Notes under the pieces: generated by a model
Databases searched by the model: none
Told to the model about the DNA's origin: nothing
The model's input: the letters and a program-made list of their open reading frames with translations, nothing else
Program-made: the position numbers and the translations under genes
Shown here: in pieces, positions 1 through 9,933 of the stretch
Layout: each line of letters starts with the position of its first letter
How positions within the stretch are numbered: the stretch's first letter is position 1
Assembly: GCA_965203905.1 (NCBI GenBank)
Contig: CBDBDQ010000005.1
Span: 3,616,001 to 3,680,000, forward strand
Source: Spirochaetia bacterium
GTDB lineage: Bacteria > Spirochaetota > Spirochaetia > SZUA-6 > Bin103
DNA length: 64,000 nucleotides
Direction of reading: 5' to 3'

Positions 1-920
1 TCGGCAAGTATCATCCTGGGAAGCGAAAGAGTCAGGATTGCGATGATATAGCTGTAGAAGGAGGGCAACAGATGGCGAAAGATGACGCGATAGGTGCTGG
101 CGCCATGCATGACTGCCGCGGCTACAAAGTCTTCCTCGCGGAGGGCGATGAACTTGCCGCGAACGGCTCTCGCCAAATAGGTCCACTGGATGAGAGAGAG
201 GATCACCACGATGCCGAAGTAGATTTGTACCGTGGACCAGTAGGGAGGCAATGCTGCCGACAGGGCCATCCACAGCGGTAGCGTAGGGATGGAGCGAATG
301 AACTCGATCCCACGCTGAATGAGGGTATCGACGGTATCACCGAGATATCCGGAGATGCCACCGATGACGATGCCCAGGAACAAGCTGAGAAAGACTCCAA
401 CCAGGCCGATGGTGAGAGAAATCCTGCCGCCGAAAATGATGCGGGACAACAGATCGCGGCCGAGCTTGTCGGTACCAAATAGAAAGAGGGTTCCGTCGCT
501 GGTGCCAAACAAATGCACGGTGCCTTCGAGACCGCCGAGAAGAGTATACGGATCACCCCGCACGAAGAGACCTATCGGATGCCGTATGGAGCGATCCTCC
601 TCGTAATTGATACCCAGCGTAACTTCGTCGACCGAGGACTTCAGTGCATACACAAAAGGCCGCAGTTGGAAGCCATCTTGCTGGTCGACAAAACGGATCT
701 TCTGGGGCGGCACGTAGATATGGTCCAGATGCTCCTTGCGGGGATCGTAGGGAGCGATTATCTCGGCAAACACGACGGTCAGGTAGAATACGGCAAGGAC
801 TACCAGGGCGGCCACGGCGAGCTTGTGCTTGAGAAACTTCCAGCGGATGAGCTGCCATTGCGAAGCGACGTACAGCTTCTCGGCGCTGCTCGCCACGGCG
901 GGTTGTGATTGGCGTATCAT
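1..920 (-). CDS. Dpp/Opp ABC permease (DppC-like), runs off window start
   Basis: Manual translation from ATG 920: MIRQSQ..YVASQWQLIRWKFLKHKLA..LFGTDKLGRDLLSRII..LARAVRGKFIALREEDFVAAA (EAA loop). No stop inside the window, so absent from the ORF track. Confidence 0.9.
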   Translation of the reverse strand, partial: MIRQSQPAVASSAEKLYVASQWQLIRWKFLKHKLAVAALVVLAVFYLTVVFAEIIAPYDPRKEHLDHIYVPPQKIRFVDQQDGFQLRPFVYALKSSVDEVTLGINYEEDRSIRHPIGLFVRGDPYTLLGGLEGTVHLFGTSDGTLFLFGTDKLGRDLLSRIIFGGRISLTIGLVGVFLSLFLGIVIGGISGYLGDTVDTLIQRGIEFIRSIPTLPLWMALSAALPPYWSTVQIYFGIVVILSLIQWTYLARAVRGKFIALREEDFVAAAVMHGASTYRVIFRHLLPSFYSYIIAILTLSLPRMILA

Positions 921-939
921 CGGGGATCCGTTCAAGCCA

Positions 940-1935
940 TCAGTCGGCTCGACGACCGAATCTGATCCGTGGGTCGATTGCAGCCAGCAGGAGGTCAGAG
1001 ATCAGGATGCCCACTACCGTGAGGACGCTGAGTATGAAGACAATGCTGCCGGCGAGGAACATGTCCTGATCCTTCAGCGCACTAAGGAGGACCGGTGCGA
1101 TCGTCGGCAGGCCCAACACCAGGGAAGCCAGGAGGGCACCGTTGATCAGTTCCGGCAAGGTGAAGCCGATGGTGCTTACTATGGGATTGATGGCGACCCG
1201 CACCGGGTACTTGTAGAGTCGTCGGCGTTCGGGGAGGCCCTTGGCGCGAGCTACCATGACGTAGGGTTTCTCGAGCTCGTCAAGGAGGTTGGCGCGCATG
1301 AAGCGGATCAGCTCCGCGGTCCCGGCCAAACCCACGATCAAGGCGGGAATCCACAGATGCTTGAGCAGATCCCAGAGTCGCGCGAGGCTCCACGGTGCGG
1401 ACACGAATTCGCGCGAGAACAACCCCAGGGCGGCCTGGCCGGTAAGCGAGAAGTAGAGCCAGAGAAAGATCAATGCAGAGAGAAAGCCGGGAATGGCAAC
1501 GCCGAGGAAGGCGAAGAAAGTGAATACATAGTCGCGCACCGAGTACTGGTGGGTTGCCGAGATGATTCCTATCGGGATACCAAGCAAATAGACCAGTACG
1601 AGCGATGATATTGACAGCAGCAGGGTCCACGGCAAGCGCTCTGCGAGCAGTTCGCCAACCGGTTTCTTCCACTGCAAGGAGTTGCCCAAGTCGCCACGAA
1701 GCAGACGTCCTATCCACTTCAGGTATTGCACTATCGCTGACTGATTGAGGCCATACCGGGCGCGTAGGGCTTCAACCTGTGCCTGGTCTACGAATTGCCC
1801 GGCGGCCTCGAGCTGCGCCACGTACGAGCTTATGAAATCTCCGGGCGGGGCCAGGATCACGAGAAAGGCGACGATCGAGATGAGAAACACCGTAGGGATC
1901 ATTATCAGGAGACGGTACAGGATGAAACGTATCAT
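940..1935 (-). CDS. Dpp/Opp ABC permease (DppB-like)
   Basis: MIRFILYRLLIMIPT..GDLGNS..RANLLDELEKPYVMVARAKGL..DPRIR; start trimmed to ATG 1935. Confidence 0.92.
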   Translation of the reverse strand: MIRFILYRLLIMIPTVFLISIVAFLVILAPPGDFISSYVAQLEAAGQFVDQAQVEALRARYGLNQSAIVQYLKWIGRLLRGDLGNSLQWKKPVGELLAERLPWTLLLSISSLVLVYLLGIPIGIISATHQYSVRDYVFTFFAFLGVAIPGFLSALIFLWLYFSLTGQAALGLFSREFVSAPWSLARLWDLLKHLWIPALIVGLAGTAELIRFMRANLLDELEKPYVMVARAKGLPERRRLYKYPVRVAINPIVSTIGFTLPELINGALLASLVLGLPTIAPVLLSALKDQDMFLAGSIVFILSVLTVVGILISDLLLAAIDPRIRFGRRAD

Positions 1936-2231
1936 GGTGTCCGGCTCTGTGATCGACCGTGGTGGCTCGCGGGAGCTGCAGGCAGGGTACTCGTGTGGAC
2001 GGAAAAGACGATCGCGGCATGAGTATGGGAAGAAAACTGTGGCGGCTGCCGGTGATCGTTGATCACTGCAGTTTTGCCGACCATGAGATCCTCCATCGAC
2101 AGCGGTCGGACGGAGATGAGCCGCTGTCCGTATCCGAAGGGGCATACCGCTGAACGCGCGACGGTTTCCATGACCGTCGAGTCAGCGCCTGTCAAGTGGG
2201 CGCGAGAGTTTCCCCGCCGCCCACCGCGTGG

Positions 2232-2289
2232 TGGTGCCAATCAATTGGCACCAAGCAGTAGACTATCGCGGCACTTCGAAGCCTGTCAA
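2232..2289 (-). promoter_or_regulatory. sigma70-like promoter with palindromic operator
   Basis: Minus strand TTGACA(2289-2284)-18nt-TAGTCT(2265-2260), then perfect IR TGGTGCCAAT-N2-ATTGGCACCA (2232-2253). Confidence 0.55.
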
Positions 2290-2458
2290 GATTCACTTGG
2301 GCCACTTGGGCCGGTGGTTGCAGACGTGGCTGTCTGGCTCGGGACCGGTGGCATGGCTGTAGCCTGACCTCCGATCCTGCGGAGACGTGCTCCGGAGAGG
2401 CGGATGCCCGACCGACGACGTACGGCGCGATCCGTGGGATGATTGCGCTTGCCGTGTT

Positions 2459-3406
2459 CTAACTTCGTGCCGGCAGCAGGCGGAGCCTTGCCAGGAAGAT
2501 GCTGGTGCGGGGCTCCTGCGACCGAATTGCCTCTTTCATGCCGCACAGAAAGTCTTCGGACGTGTAATAGCTCAGCCAGAGCAGGCCGTCGTGCCAGACC
2601 ATGCCCGCGTAGCTGGTGTCACCGCCGGAGGGCACGGTCATGAACTCGGCCAGGGTCGCAGACTCGAAGTCGAGCCAGCACAGCGCGGTTCGTTCCCTGC
2701 GGTCGTAGAGGCGGACCGCGGCGATGGTGCGGTTATCCGGGAGGCGCAGCATCGCGGGACCCCCGATGCGCGCGCCGAGGTCTTTCCAGGTCCACTTCTC
2801 GTAAGGCGGGGCGGCGAACCCGAGGCGGCCGTTGAAGCCGTCACAGCGCATCAGGCACACGCAGGTGTCATCGCTCAGGAAGAGCAGATCGGACTCATTG
2901 GGTTGGACCCCGTCGAGCTGCGGCTGTCCGTGGGGGCGAAAATCGATCCCGTCGTCACTGGCATAGAGCTGAGCCGAGCTCTTGTCGGGCTGGTCGCGTC
3001 CGAAGTTGTAGGCGGTGCCGCGATGCCACACGCTACGCCACAGCCAGCTCCCGCGCGGCCCGACCTCGTGATGATCCCCCCACTGGCAGCCATCCTCCGA
3101 GACCCACGCCATCGACTGGCACACCGGTCTGAAAGCCGCCGCGTTCAGCAACAGCTTGTGGTCCGGGGTCGCTGAAAACTTCGGATCGCGGAGGTCCTGG
3201 AAAGGTGCCGGACAGGCGATCACCGCGGCCGAAACCCAGGTCACGCCGTCCAGCGACGTGAGAATGCGCAACTGTCCGTCCGGAGCCAGGTGGGCGGACG
3301 CCTCCCGGAACGCCAAGAACCAGCGCCCGTTGAACCGAATGAGGTCGGTGAACGCGTTGTGTACGGCCCGGTTCCAGATGCGGCGCGTCTCGAAATACTC
3401 GATCAT
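2459..3406 (-). CDS. BNR/Asp-box (exo-alpha-sialidase-like) beta-propeller protein
   Basis: HNAFTDLIRF start; Asp-boxes SLDGVTW, SEDGCQW, SDDGIDF; SGGDTSYAG. Confidence 0.75.
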   Translation of the reverse strand: MIEYFETRRIWNRAVHNAFTDLIRFNGRWFLAFREASAHLAPDGQLRILTSLDGVTWVSAAVIACPAPFQDLRDPKFSATPDHKLLLNAAAFRPVCQSMAWVSEDGCQWGDHHEVGPRGSWLWRSVWHRGTAYNFGRDQPDKSSAQLYASDDGIDFRPHGQPQLDGVQPNESDLLFLSDDTCVCLMRCDGFNGRLGFAAPPYEKWTWKDLGARIGGPAMLRLPDNRTIAAVRLYDRRERTALCWLDFESATLAEFMTVPSGGDTSYAGMVWHDGLLWLSYYTSEDFLCGMKEAIRSQEPRTSIFLARLRLLPARS

Positions 3407-3422
3407 GCGGGCCTCGAAGCGC

Positions 3423-4544
3423 TCACGCCTGCGCCACCAGGTGCGGGGCGATCGCGTCGTCGTCGAGCTCGTAGCCCAGGCCGGGGGCGGTGGGCGGGAT
3501 GATGAAACCGTTCTCCCACGTGATCGGCGACTTGAGGATCTCCCGGTGAAATCCCGAGAACGTCTCGATGCCCTCCTGGATCAGGAAGTTGGGAGAGCAC
3601 ACGTCGACCTGGATCGCCGCGGCCGCGGCGAAGGGTCCGCCCCACACGTGTGGGGCGATGTGCGCGTAGTGGGTCTCGGCCATGGCGGCGATCTTCCTGG
3701 CTTCGCCGATGCCGCCGGTGATCGACAGGTCCATCTGCATGATCGAGGCCGCCTGCTTCTGCAACAGCGGCAGGAACTCGTAGCGGGTGAGCAGCCGCTC
3801 GCCGGTGGCGACCGGGATCGAGGTGGCATGGGCGACGCGCGCCATCTCGTCCACGTTGCCGGGGGCCACCGGCTCTTCGAACCACAGCGGCTCGTACGGT
3901 TCCAGCCGTTTGGCCAGCCGGATCGCCGCGTAGGTGGTGAGCTGGCCGTGGGTACCGAGCAGGATGTCGCAGCGGTCGCCGACCGCTTCGCGCATCGCCT
4001 TGATCACCCCCTCGACGTAGGTCAGGGTCTCCAGCCGGTGCGGCTCCAGCCCTCCCACCGGGTCGAGCTTCACGGCGCTGAACCCCTGGTCCACGTAACG
4101 CAGGATGTCATCCGCGGCCTTCTCGGGAGGATCGCCCATCTTCCACCCGTACAGGTAGGTGTAGGCGCGCAGCTTTTCGTGGAACACCCCGCCGAGCAGG
4201 TTGTACACCGGCTGGACAAGGGCCTTGCCGACGATGTCCCAGCACGCCATCTCGATGGCGCTGAGCACGGGCGTGGTGATGGGGCCGGAGTGGAGCACGG
4301 CGTGGCGCCGGAACACCTCCCACCAGATGCGCTCGCGGCGGAACGGATCGGCCCCCTTCAGGATCTCCTCGAAGATCTCCTGCGCCACCTGCAGCGCCGA
4401 CTGCCGGTGGGTGCCGTGCCAGGTGCACTCGCCGGTGCCCTCGATTCCCTCGTCGGTGATCAACTTGATGAACACCCAGTTCCTGCCGCCCTTGCCGGGA
4501 GGCGGAACCGGCACGAAGTAGCCCTCGAACCGCTCGATCTTCAT
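3423..4544 (-). CDS. Mandelate racemase/muconate lactonizing enzyme family (DgoD-like dehydratase)
   Basis: AIEMACWDIVGK, WFEEP, ATGER, enolase-superfamily layout. Confidence 0.9.
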   Translation of the reverse strand: MKIERFEGYFVPVPPPGKGGRNWVFIKLITDEGIEGTGECTWHGTHRQSALQVAQEIFEEILKGADPFRRERIWWEVFRRHAVLHSGPITTPVLSAIEMACWDIVGKALVQPVYNLLGGVFHEKLRAYTYLYGWKMGDPPEKAADDILRYVDQGFSAVKLDPVGGLEPHRLETLTYVEGVIKAMREAVGDRCDILLGTHGQLTTYAAIRLAKRLEPYEPLWFEEPVAPGNVDEMARVAHATSIPVATGERLLTRYEFLPLLQKQAASIMQMDLSITGGIGEARKIAAMAETHYAHIAPHVWGGPFAAAAAIQVDVCSPNFLIQEGIETFSGFHREILKSPITWENGFIIPPTAPGLGYELDDDAIAPHLVAQA

Positions 4545-4606
4545 GCCGACGACGGTAGCCGGGATCGGCCCTCCGCGCCAACGCGCGACGCGGACCGCCG
4601 CCGCGG

Positions 4607-5122
4607 TTAGCCGAAGTTCGGGGCCTCGTCGGCGGAGGGACCGTACAGTGACGGCACCGCGATGTCGTTGAGCCGCAGGTAGACGCCGAGCTGCGCGCGG
4701 TGGTGGATCAGGTGGTTGAACACGAAGCTGCGCAGCACCACCACCTTGGGCATGGTCATGAGGGTGACGCCGTTCTGCAGCAGCGACCAGGGCCGCAGCA
4801 GATCGGCGTCGCCGGCACCGGCGATGGCGGCCCGCGCGGCGGCCGCATTACGGTCCAGGGTGGCCACCAGCTCGGCGGCGTCGGTGGGCGGCGGAGGCTG
4901 GGGGAGCGGTTTCCCGCCGGGCACCATGTCCAGTTCATCCTGCTCGACGGTCAGCACGGCCCAGGTGGGCAGGTTGGCCAGGTGTCCCGCAAGCCACCCC
5001 ATCGAGCCCGACTTTGGATGCGGCTTCCAATCGAGCTTGTCCGCCGGCACCCGCTCCAGCGTCCTGCGGACCCCCGCAACCTCATGATCGAACTCCGGCA
5101 ACATGCTCTCGCTGATCGACAT
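4607..5122 (-). CDS. DinB family protein
   Basis: WKPHPKS..LAGH, NHLIHHRAQLGVYLRL. Confidence 0.9.
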   Translation of the reverse strand: MSISESMLPEFDHEVAGVRRTLERVPADKLDWKPHPKSGSMGWLAGHLANLPTWAVLTVEQDELDMVPGGKPLPQPPPPTDAAELVATLDRNAAAARAAIAGAGDADLLRPWSLLQNGVTLMTMPKVVVLRSFVFNHLIHHRAQLGVYLRLNDIAVPSLYGPSADEAPNFG

Positions 5123-7258
5123 GCCGACACTCTACCATGCCACCGCCCCCGGCGGCCCGCCTTGCCGCCGGTGCGGCTTTCGCAGCCGGCAGCTCCATAC
5201 GCAGCACGGTACTCGCTTCAAGCTGCGCGGGCTCGCCGAGAGTCACCGACTCGTTCAGGCTGGCATAGCGTAACGGGCGGCCGTTCAGCGTCACTTGAGT
5301 TACATCGCGGTCAAGCCACAGTGTCGAATTGAGGCGTTGGATCACGATCGACCCGTAGAGAACGGACAGAGCCACGCGATCCGCGGCCAGTTCCACGGTG
5401 CCCCACGCGGTGTTCAGGCACCAGAAGAACCGCTGGGTGGGGAGGCTCTGCTTGGGGTGGAATCCGATCTCCGCCTTCGTGGTGTCGAACTCGAAGCCAC
5501 TGAAGGCGGGGAGCAGCGCGTATGAGGCCATGGCACGGGCGTAGTTGCTACCGCATTCCATCTCGTTCCACGGATTGCGCTTCTCTCCGGGGCGGCCTTC
5601 AAGGCTGCCAGGTAGAATCCGGTGAGCCAGGAATTCGGGCCGAACAGCTCGGTATCGAGGGTGTGATGCTGCCTTCCCTCCAGCACGCCGTCCTTGTCGC
5701 GGTCCCACCGGTCACCGTTTTCCGGCGACCAGGCGAACGCGAGGCTCTTCTTGACCGCGGGCCAGAGCCGGGCCAGCCAGTCGCTGTCACCCGAGATCTT
5801 CCAGTCCCGATACACCTTGACGATGCCGCCGAACTGGCCGTCGGCGCAGGGGCGGAACGACGATCGGCCGCGGCCCAGGGGGAGCTGAATGCGGAAGCTC
5901 ATGCCACCGTCCTCGCGCAGGTTGTGCCGGTAGTCGGCCTCGCGCATGCTTCGTTCGAGCCGCGGGAACAGGAACGGAAGGGCGTAGGCGTAGTTCCATA
6001 CGTGGGTGCAACTCCCCTCGCAGCACATCGCGTCGGGATGGCAGCCTTCGAAACCGTAGAAGGTGCCGTCCTGCAGCCTCAGGACCGTGGGCGTCTTGAG
6101 AGTCGAGATGTTGGCGGAGATCGCATCGACCACCGCCGCGGGCAAGGTCGAGGAAAACAGCGCCTCCTTGAACGCCAGCGTCTCCCGGTACAGCCGCTCC
6201 CAGTTCGCAAGGCCGTATTGCGCCGACTCGCGGGAATCCTTCCACACGGTAGCGTAATAGTTGCTCCAGGTATTCGAGCCCGCCCCGTCGCCGTCGCAGC
6301 ACCCGCTCGCGGGATCGCACTGCACCGGATTCCAGTAGTTGGTGCAGACCGGAAAGTTCCAGGCCAGCAGGAATCTCGCCCTCCCGGAGGCTCCCGGAGC
6401 CACCTGGAGATGAGCCGCCAGCAGGCAGTGGGCGCCCGCGACGCCCGCGCCGCGGCGGAGCAGGTGCTGCTCGTAGCCGCGGTTCGCGAACCTGCCCGGC
6501 GTCGTCAGGTCGCGCCAGTAGGCGCTCACGTCGTCGACCCAGATGCCCTTGTAGGCGGCCCGGTGCCAGTACTCCTGGTAGCTGACGTCGTCCGCGTCGG
6601 TGGCGACGGTCAGGTCACCTGCCGGAGCGGCGCCCGGCGCATTCGCCCCCGGACCACGTGCGCTCAGCCCGATCGAGGAGAGCCCGGCCGTGTGCTGAAA
6701 CCGGTTGACCTTGGCGGCTCCCGGCACCGGGTTGTTCACCGAGAAACAGACGGTATAGGTGAGCGCCGCCGCATGGGAGTTGTGAATTGCGATCTCGAAG
6801 AAGGCGGCCGGGATGCTGGAGTCCTTGTCGTTGATCGGGATGAAGGGGTTGAACGCGGTGACCGTCACCTCCCCGGGAAACCCGTCGTCCCGCAGCGACA
6901 GCGCGGCGATCGGAAACTCGCCGCGAAACCTCAAGGTGCGGAAGTGGGGCAGCGCCGCCAGCAGACCCCGCGGCGGGCCAGATCCGAACGGCGTGGCGCC
7001 CGGCGCCGCCTTCAGGCTGCCGGAGTAGGGCGGCAGCAGGTCGCCCTGGAGCGTCCGCGCATCGAGCACCTCGCCGTCCCGTTCCGCCTTGACGGCGAAG
7101 TGGGTGTAGCCGTTGACGCTGCCCTTGTTGGGCCGGTTGAAGATCTCCCAGTCGACCAGGCGCCCGTCACCGGCCAGACCGATGCAGCCGCTGCCGATGC
7201 CCCCCAGAGGAAACGAAATCTCCCTGGTCTTCGCTCCTTCATAGACGAACTCTGCCAC
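5082..7258 (-). pseudogene. GH116 glucosylceramidase/beta-glucosidase, internally deleted and frameshifted
   Basis: [20 protein letters not shown]-terminus and [12 protein letters not shown]. After FYLAALKAA (about 5591) the sequence jumps, in another frame, to [23 protein letters not shown]; the intervening helical segment is missing. Confidence 0.85.
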
Positions 7259-7370
7259 GGCCAAACTCCTTGTTCGGCAGTATCGCACGCTTCACCGGCG
7301 CTGAGTGCACTGACGCAGCCCGCCTCGCTTGCGCTACAGGCGAGATCCGGAGCTGGGCGTTCCGCCGGTG

Positions 7371-8633
7371 TCAACCCGCCGGTGCCACGTTCTCGTAGAA
7401 CAGGCCGTCATACACGAACGCGGACCGGATGGCCTCGCAGTCGCGCGCGCTCACTCCGGCGCTCCGCATCACGGAGTGCCATCCTGCGCGCACGGCGCTC
7501 GCGATACCGTCGAACACCTCCGCCGCCGCCGCTTGATCAAGCAGAAAACGCCCGTGACCGCTCAGCAGGTTGGCTCTGCTGGCATGGCGCCCGAAGCGGC
7601 CGCAGGCCATCGCGAGATCGCGCCGTTCCCGAGCCACCACGGGCGACGGCGTCAGATCGTAGGCCGGACTCAGCCGCCATTGCCGTCCATTGGCCAGGAG
7701 CGCGTGATTGCGCGGGTGATCGTCCAGGTTGGACACCGCCGCGTTGAAGCACATCCGGCGAAACAGCTCACGCAGATCGTCTTCCGGTCTCGCGCTCGCG
7801 CGGCGCACCTCGTCGGCGAGCAGCAGGTAGGACCAGTTGCCGCGGTCGGCAACTCCGTCGCCGCTGCGCAGCAGTGTCAGGGCGCTGACCATCCGGTGGC
7901 GGCGATGGCCGTCGCGGTCGAACCGGCGCACGAGCAACACGTCGCGCCCGCCAACGGTCTCGATTCGGCTGTCGGCGACGTTCAGGCCGCACGTCCGGGC
8001 CAGGGCGAGCATGCCGTGCTCGACCCGCGAATCGTTCCAGCGGTCGTCGCGGCGCCCGAACTTGGCGATCCAGAGAGCGCCCTCGTGCTCCACCACCGCC
8101 TTGGGGCGCGCCCCGCCCATCGACGTGCCGAGAAGCAGCAGCTCCTCGACCCGGTCCGCGGCGGCCCCCGCGCCCTCCCGGTCGTCGTCGAGGACGGCGT
8201 CGGCTGCCCGCTGCAGCGCGGCAAGATCCAGCATCCGGTTGAACCCGCGCCGTACGGCGGGCGGCGCGACGGCAAGGCCGAAACCCAGCGCTCCGGCGCG
8301 GTCGTCCGGCCCGTGCATCAGGTAGTCGAACTCGGTGAGCTCCGTCACGCCGGAGTTGCGCTCGATCACGCGCCGTCCCCAGGAATCGGGCATCGAGTCC
8401 CGGATCGCGCCGAAGAACCCCTGCATGCGCGCCGTCTCGTACACCTGGTCGGAAAGACGCAACTCGACCGGATCGAACTCGACCGCATCGGCGCGCTCGC
8501 GGTAGGAGCGGCCATACACGAACTGGCCGACCGCCGCGGCCCCGTCGTCAATCCAGCGGAAGCGGCCGGCGGTCACGAACTCGGTGGCGCCGGGCGGCAC
8601 GATGTAGACGTAGCAGTCGCGCTCAGAAGTCAT
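7371..8633 (-). CDS. hipA: HipA-family kinase toxin
   Basis: GTSMGGARPK, NLDDHPRNH, LSPAYDL motifs. Confidence 0.92.
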   Translation of the reverse strand: MTSERDCYVYIVPPGATEFVTAGRFRWIDDGAAAVGQFVYGRSYRERADAVEFDPVELRLSDQVYETARMQGFFGAIRDSMPDSWGRRVIERNSGVTELTEFDYLMHGPDDRAGALGFGLAVAPPAVRRGFNRMLDLAALQRAADAVLDDDREGAGAAADRVEELLLLGTSMGGARPKAVVEHEGALWIAKFGRRDDRWNDSRVEHGMLALARTCGLNVADSRIETVGGRDVLLVRRFDRDGHRRHRMVSALTLLRSGDGVADRGNWSYLLLADEVRRASARPEDDLRELFRRMCFNAAVSNLDDHPRNHALLANGRQWRLSPAYDLTPSPVVARERRDLAMACGRFGRHASRANLLSGHGRFLLDQAAAAEVFDGIASAVRAGWHSVMRSAGVSARDCEAIRSAFVYDGLFYENVAPAG

Positions 8634-8964
8634 CGCTCAGCGGCCGGCGGCTCCGTGCACGCCTCGGGCTGTGCGCGCGTTCCAGCGCCTTGCCCTCCTC
8701 GTCACGGTCCGGATCGGCCACCTCGGTCAGGTCGCCGAGCAGGCCCAGCACCCACAACGCGCCGAGGTAGGCCGCCACGCCGGTCGTCGGCTTGCCTCGC
8801 TCCACGTCGGCTACCACGAACCGGGATACGCCCATGCGTTCGGCAAGCGCGGTCTGCGGCAGCCTGCGGCGCAGCCGCGCCGTGCGGATGTTCCGCCCCA
8901 GCCGTTGCAGCGCCTCCTCGACCGTGGCCGGGGGAGAGCCGGCCATTCTCGTGAGCCTCGCCAT
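8623..8964 (-). CDS. XRE HTH antitoxin (HipB-like)
   Basis: LGRNIRTARLRRRLPQTALAERMGVSR..VERGKP; overlaps hipA start. Confidence 0.88.
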   Translation of the reverse strand: MARLTRMAGSPPATVEEALQRLGRNIRTARLRRRLPQTALAERMGVSRFVVADVERGKPTTGVAAYLGALWVLGLLGDLTEVADPDRDEEGKALERAHSPRRARSRRPLSDDF

Positions 8965-9164
8965 GTCGATTTCCTGCAACACTTATTCGTATAATGTTGT
9001 TCGAACCTAACAACCCAAGCTCACCAGTGTCAATCAGCTTGCGCAAGGCGACGCGGGCCAAGTCTGCGGGCCGGGCAACCCGTCGGTGCTCGTCAACATG
9101 CGCTTACAGATGATATATGCTGTCGTAGCGATTGGTCTGTCACTGAAACCATCAGAGGTGGAAC

Positions 9165-9380
9165 ATGGCAATGTTGACCGTTGAAGGCGTCTTCGAAAAC
9201 GGCCGGATCAGGCTGCGCGATAAGGTGACGCTACCCGAACACACGAAAGTATATGTGGTGATTCCCGATATTGAGCCGACACCGCTAGCCTATACGTACA
9301 GCCCACGACTTGTACATCCGGAGCAAGCCCATGACTTCGTTAAACAGGTCATCGAGGTACCTGCGGATGCCGAGCTATGA
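9165..9380 (+). CDS. DUF104/AF2212-like (AbrB-type) antitoxin family protein
   Basis: TVEGVFENGRIRLRDKVTLPEHTKVYVVI pattern; 71 aa; GAGGTGG RBS. Confidence 0.75.
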   Translation: MAMLTVEGVFENGRIRLRDKVTLPEHTKVYVVIPDIEPTPLAYTYSPRLVHPEQAHDFVKQVIEVPADAEL

Positions 9381-9753
9381 TGCCACGGATTGCGATCCAC
9401 CAGCCCCGGTTGCCCGGGTCACCTTGCGTAACGCGCACAGCGGAGAGATGGTCGTCGACGTGCCGTTGCTCCTGGATACCGGAGCAGATGTCACACTGCT
9501 CCCCCGCAATACTGTCGAGCAGCTCGGCGTTCAACCAGTGGCTGGCGAACGCTACGAATTGATGGGCTTCAACGGGAGCACGAGTTCCGCTCCCGTCGTG
9601 ATGCTGGACCTCCTGTTCCTGAAGCGAGCCTTCCGCGGACGGTATCTGGTGATCGAGGAAGGGCGTGGCGTTATGGGACGGGACATTCTCAACTACCTGG
9701 CACTGCTGTTGGATGGACCGCAACAACAGTGGTCGGAACATTCACGCTGTTGA
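9367..9753 (+). CDS. Retropepsin-like (clan AA) aspartic protease
   Basis: LLDTGADVTLLP and MGRDILN motifs; ATG 9367 overlaps upstream gene by 14 nt. Confidence 0.85.
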   Translation: MPSYDATDCDPPAPVARVTLRNAHSGEMVVDVPLLLDTGADVTLLPRNTVEQLGVQPVAGERYELMGFNGSTSSAPVVMLDLLFLKRAFRGRYLVIEEGRGVMGRDILNYLALLLDGPQQQWSEHSRC

Positions 9754-9933
9754 TCGGCCGCCCTGAGCTTTCACGGTTTCGGTCTGCCTTCCGATGCGGC
9801 CAGCGGGGGAACGTGTGCTCAGTTGGGAAGGACGCAGATACGTGGAGCTGGCCCCGCGGATGACCCTCTGGCCCGGGGTGACCCTGAGCGTCGATCGCGC
9901 CCTGCGCCGTTCTGGTACGATGCCGGAGCCGAC

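Noticed and set aside
2244-2262. sigma54 promoter (TGGCAC)
   Set aside because: No TTGC at the -12 position on either strand.
5522-7747. Long antisense or alternative-frame ORFs (also 7329-8954, 35512-37320, 39212-40915, 54682-56370, 58875-60467, 60359-62551)
   Set aside because: Shadow ORFs of real genes, expected at high GC; no recognisable motifs.
8984-9011. dif/pdif-like site (TATTCGTATAA-N6)
   Set aside because: Only a XerC-like half is present, with no TTATGTTAAAT-like arm; better explained as the hipBA promoter/operator region.
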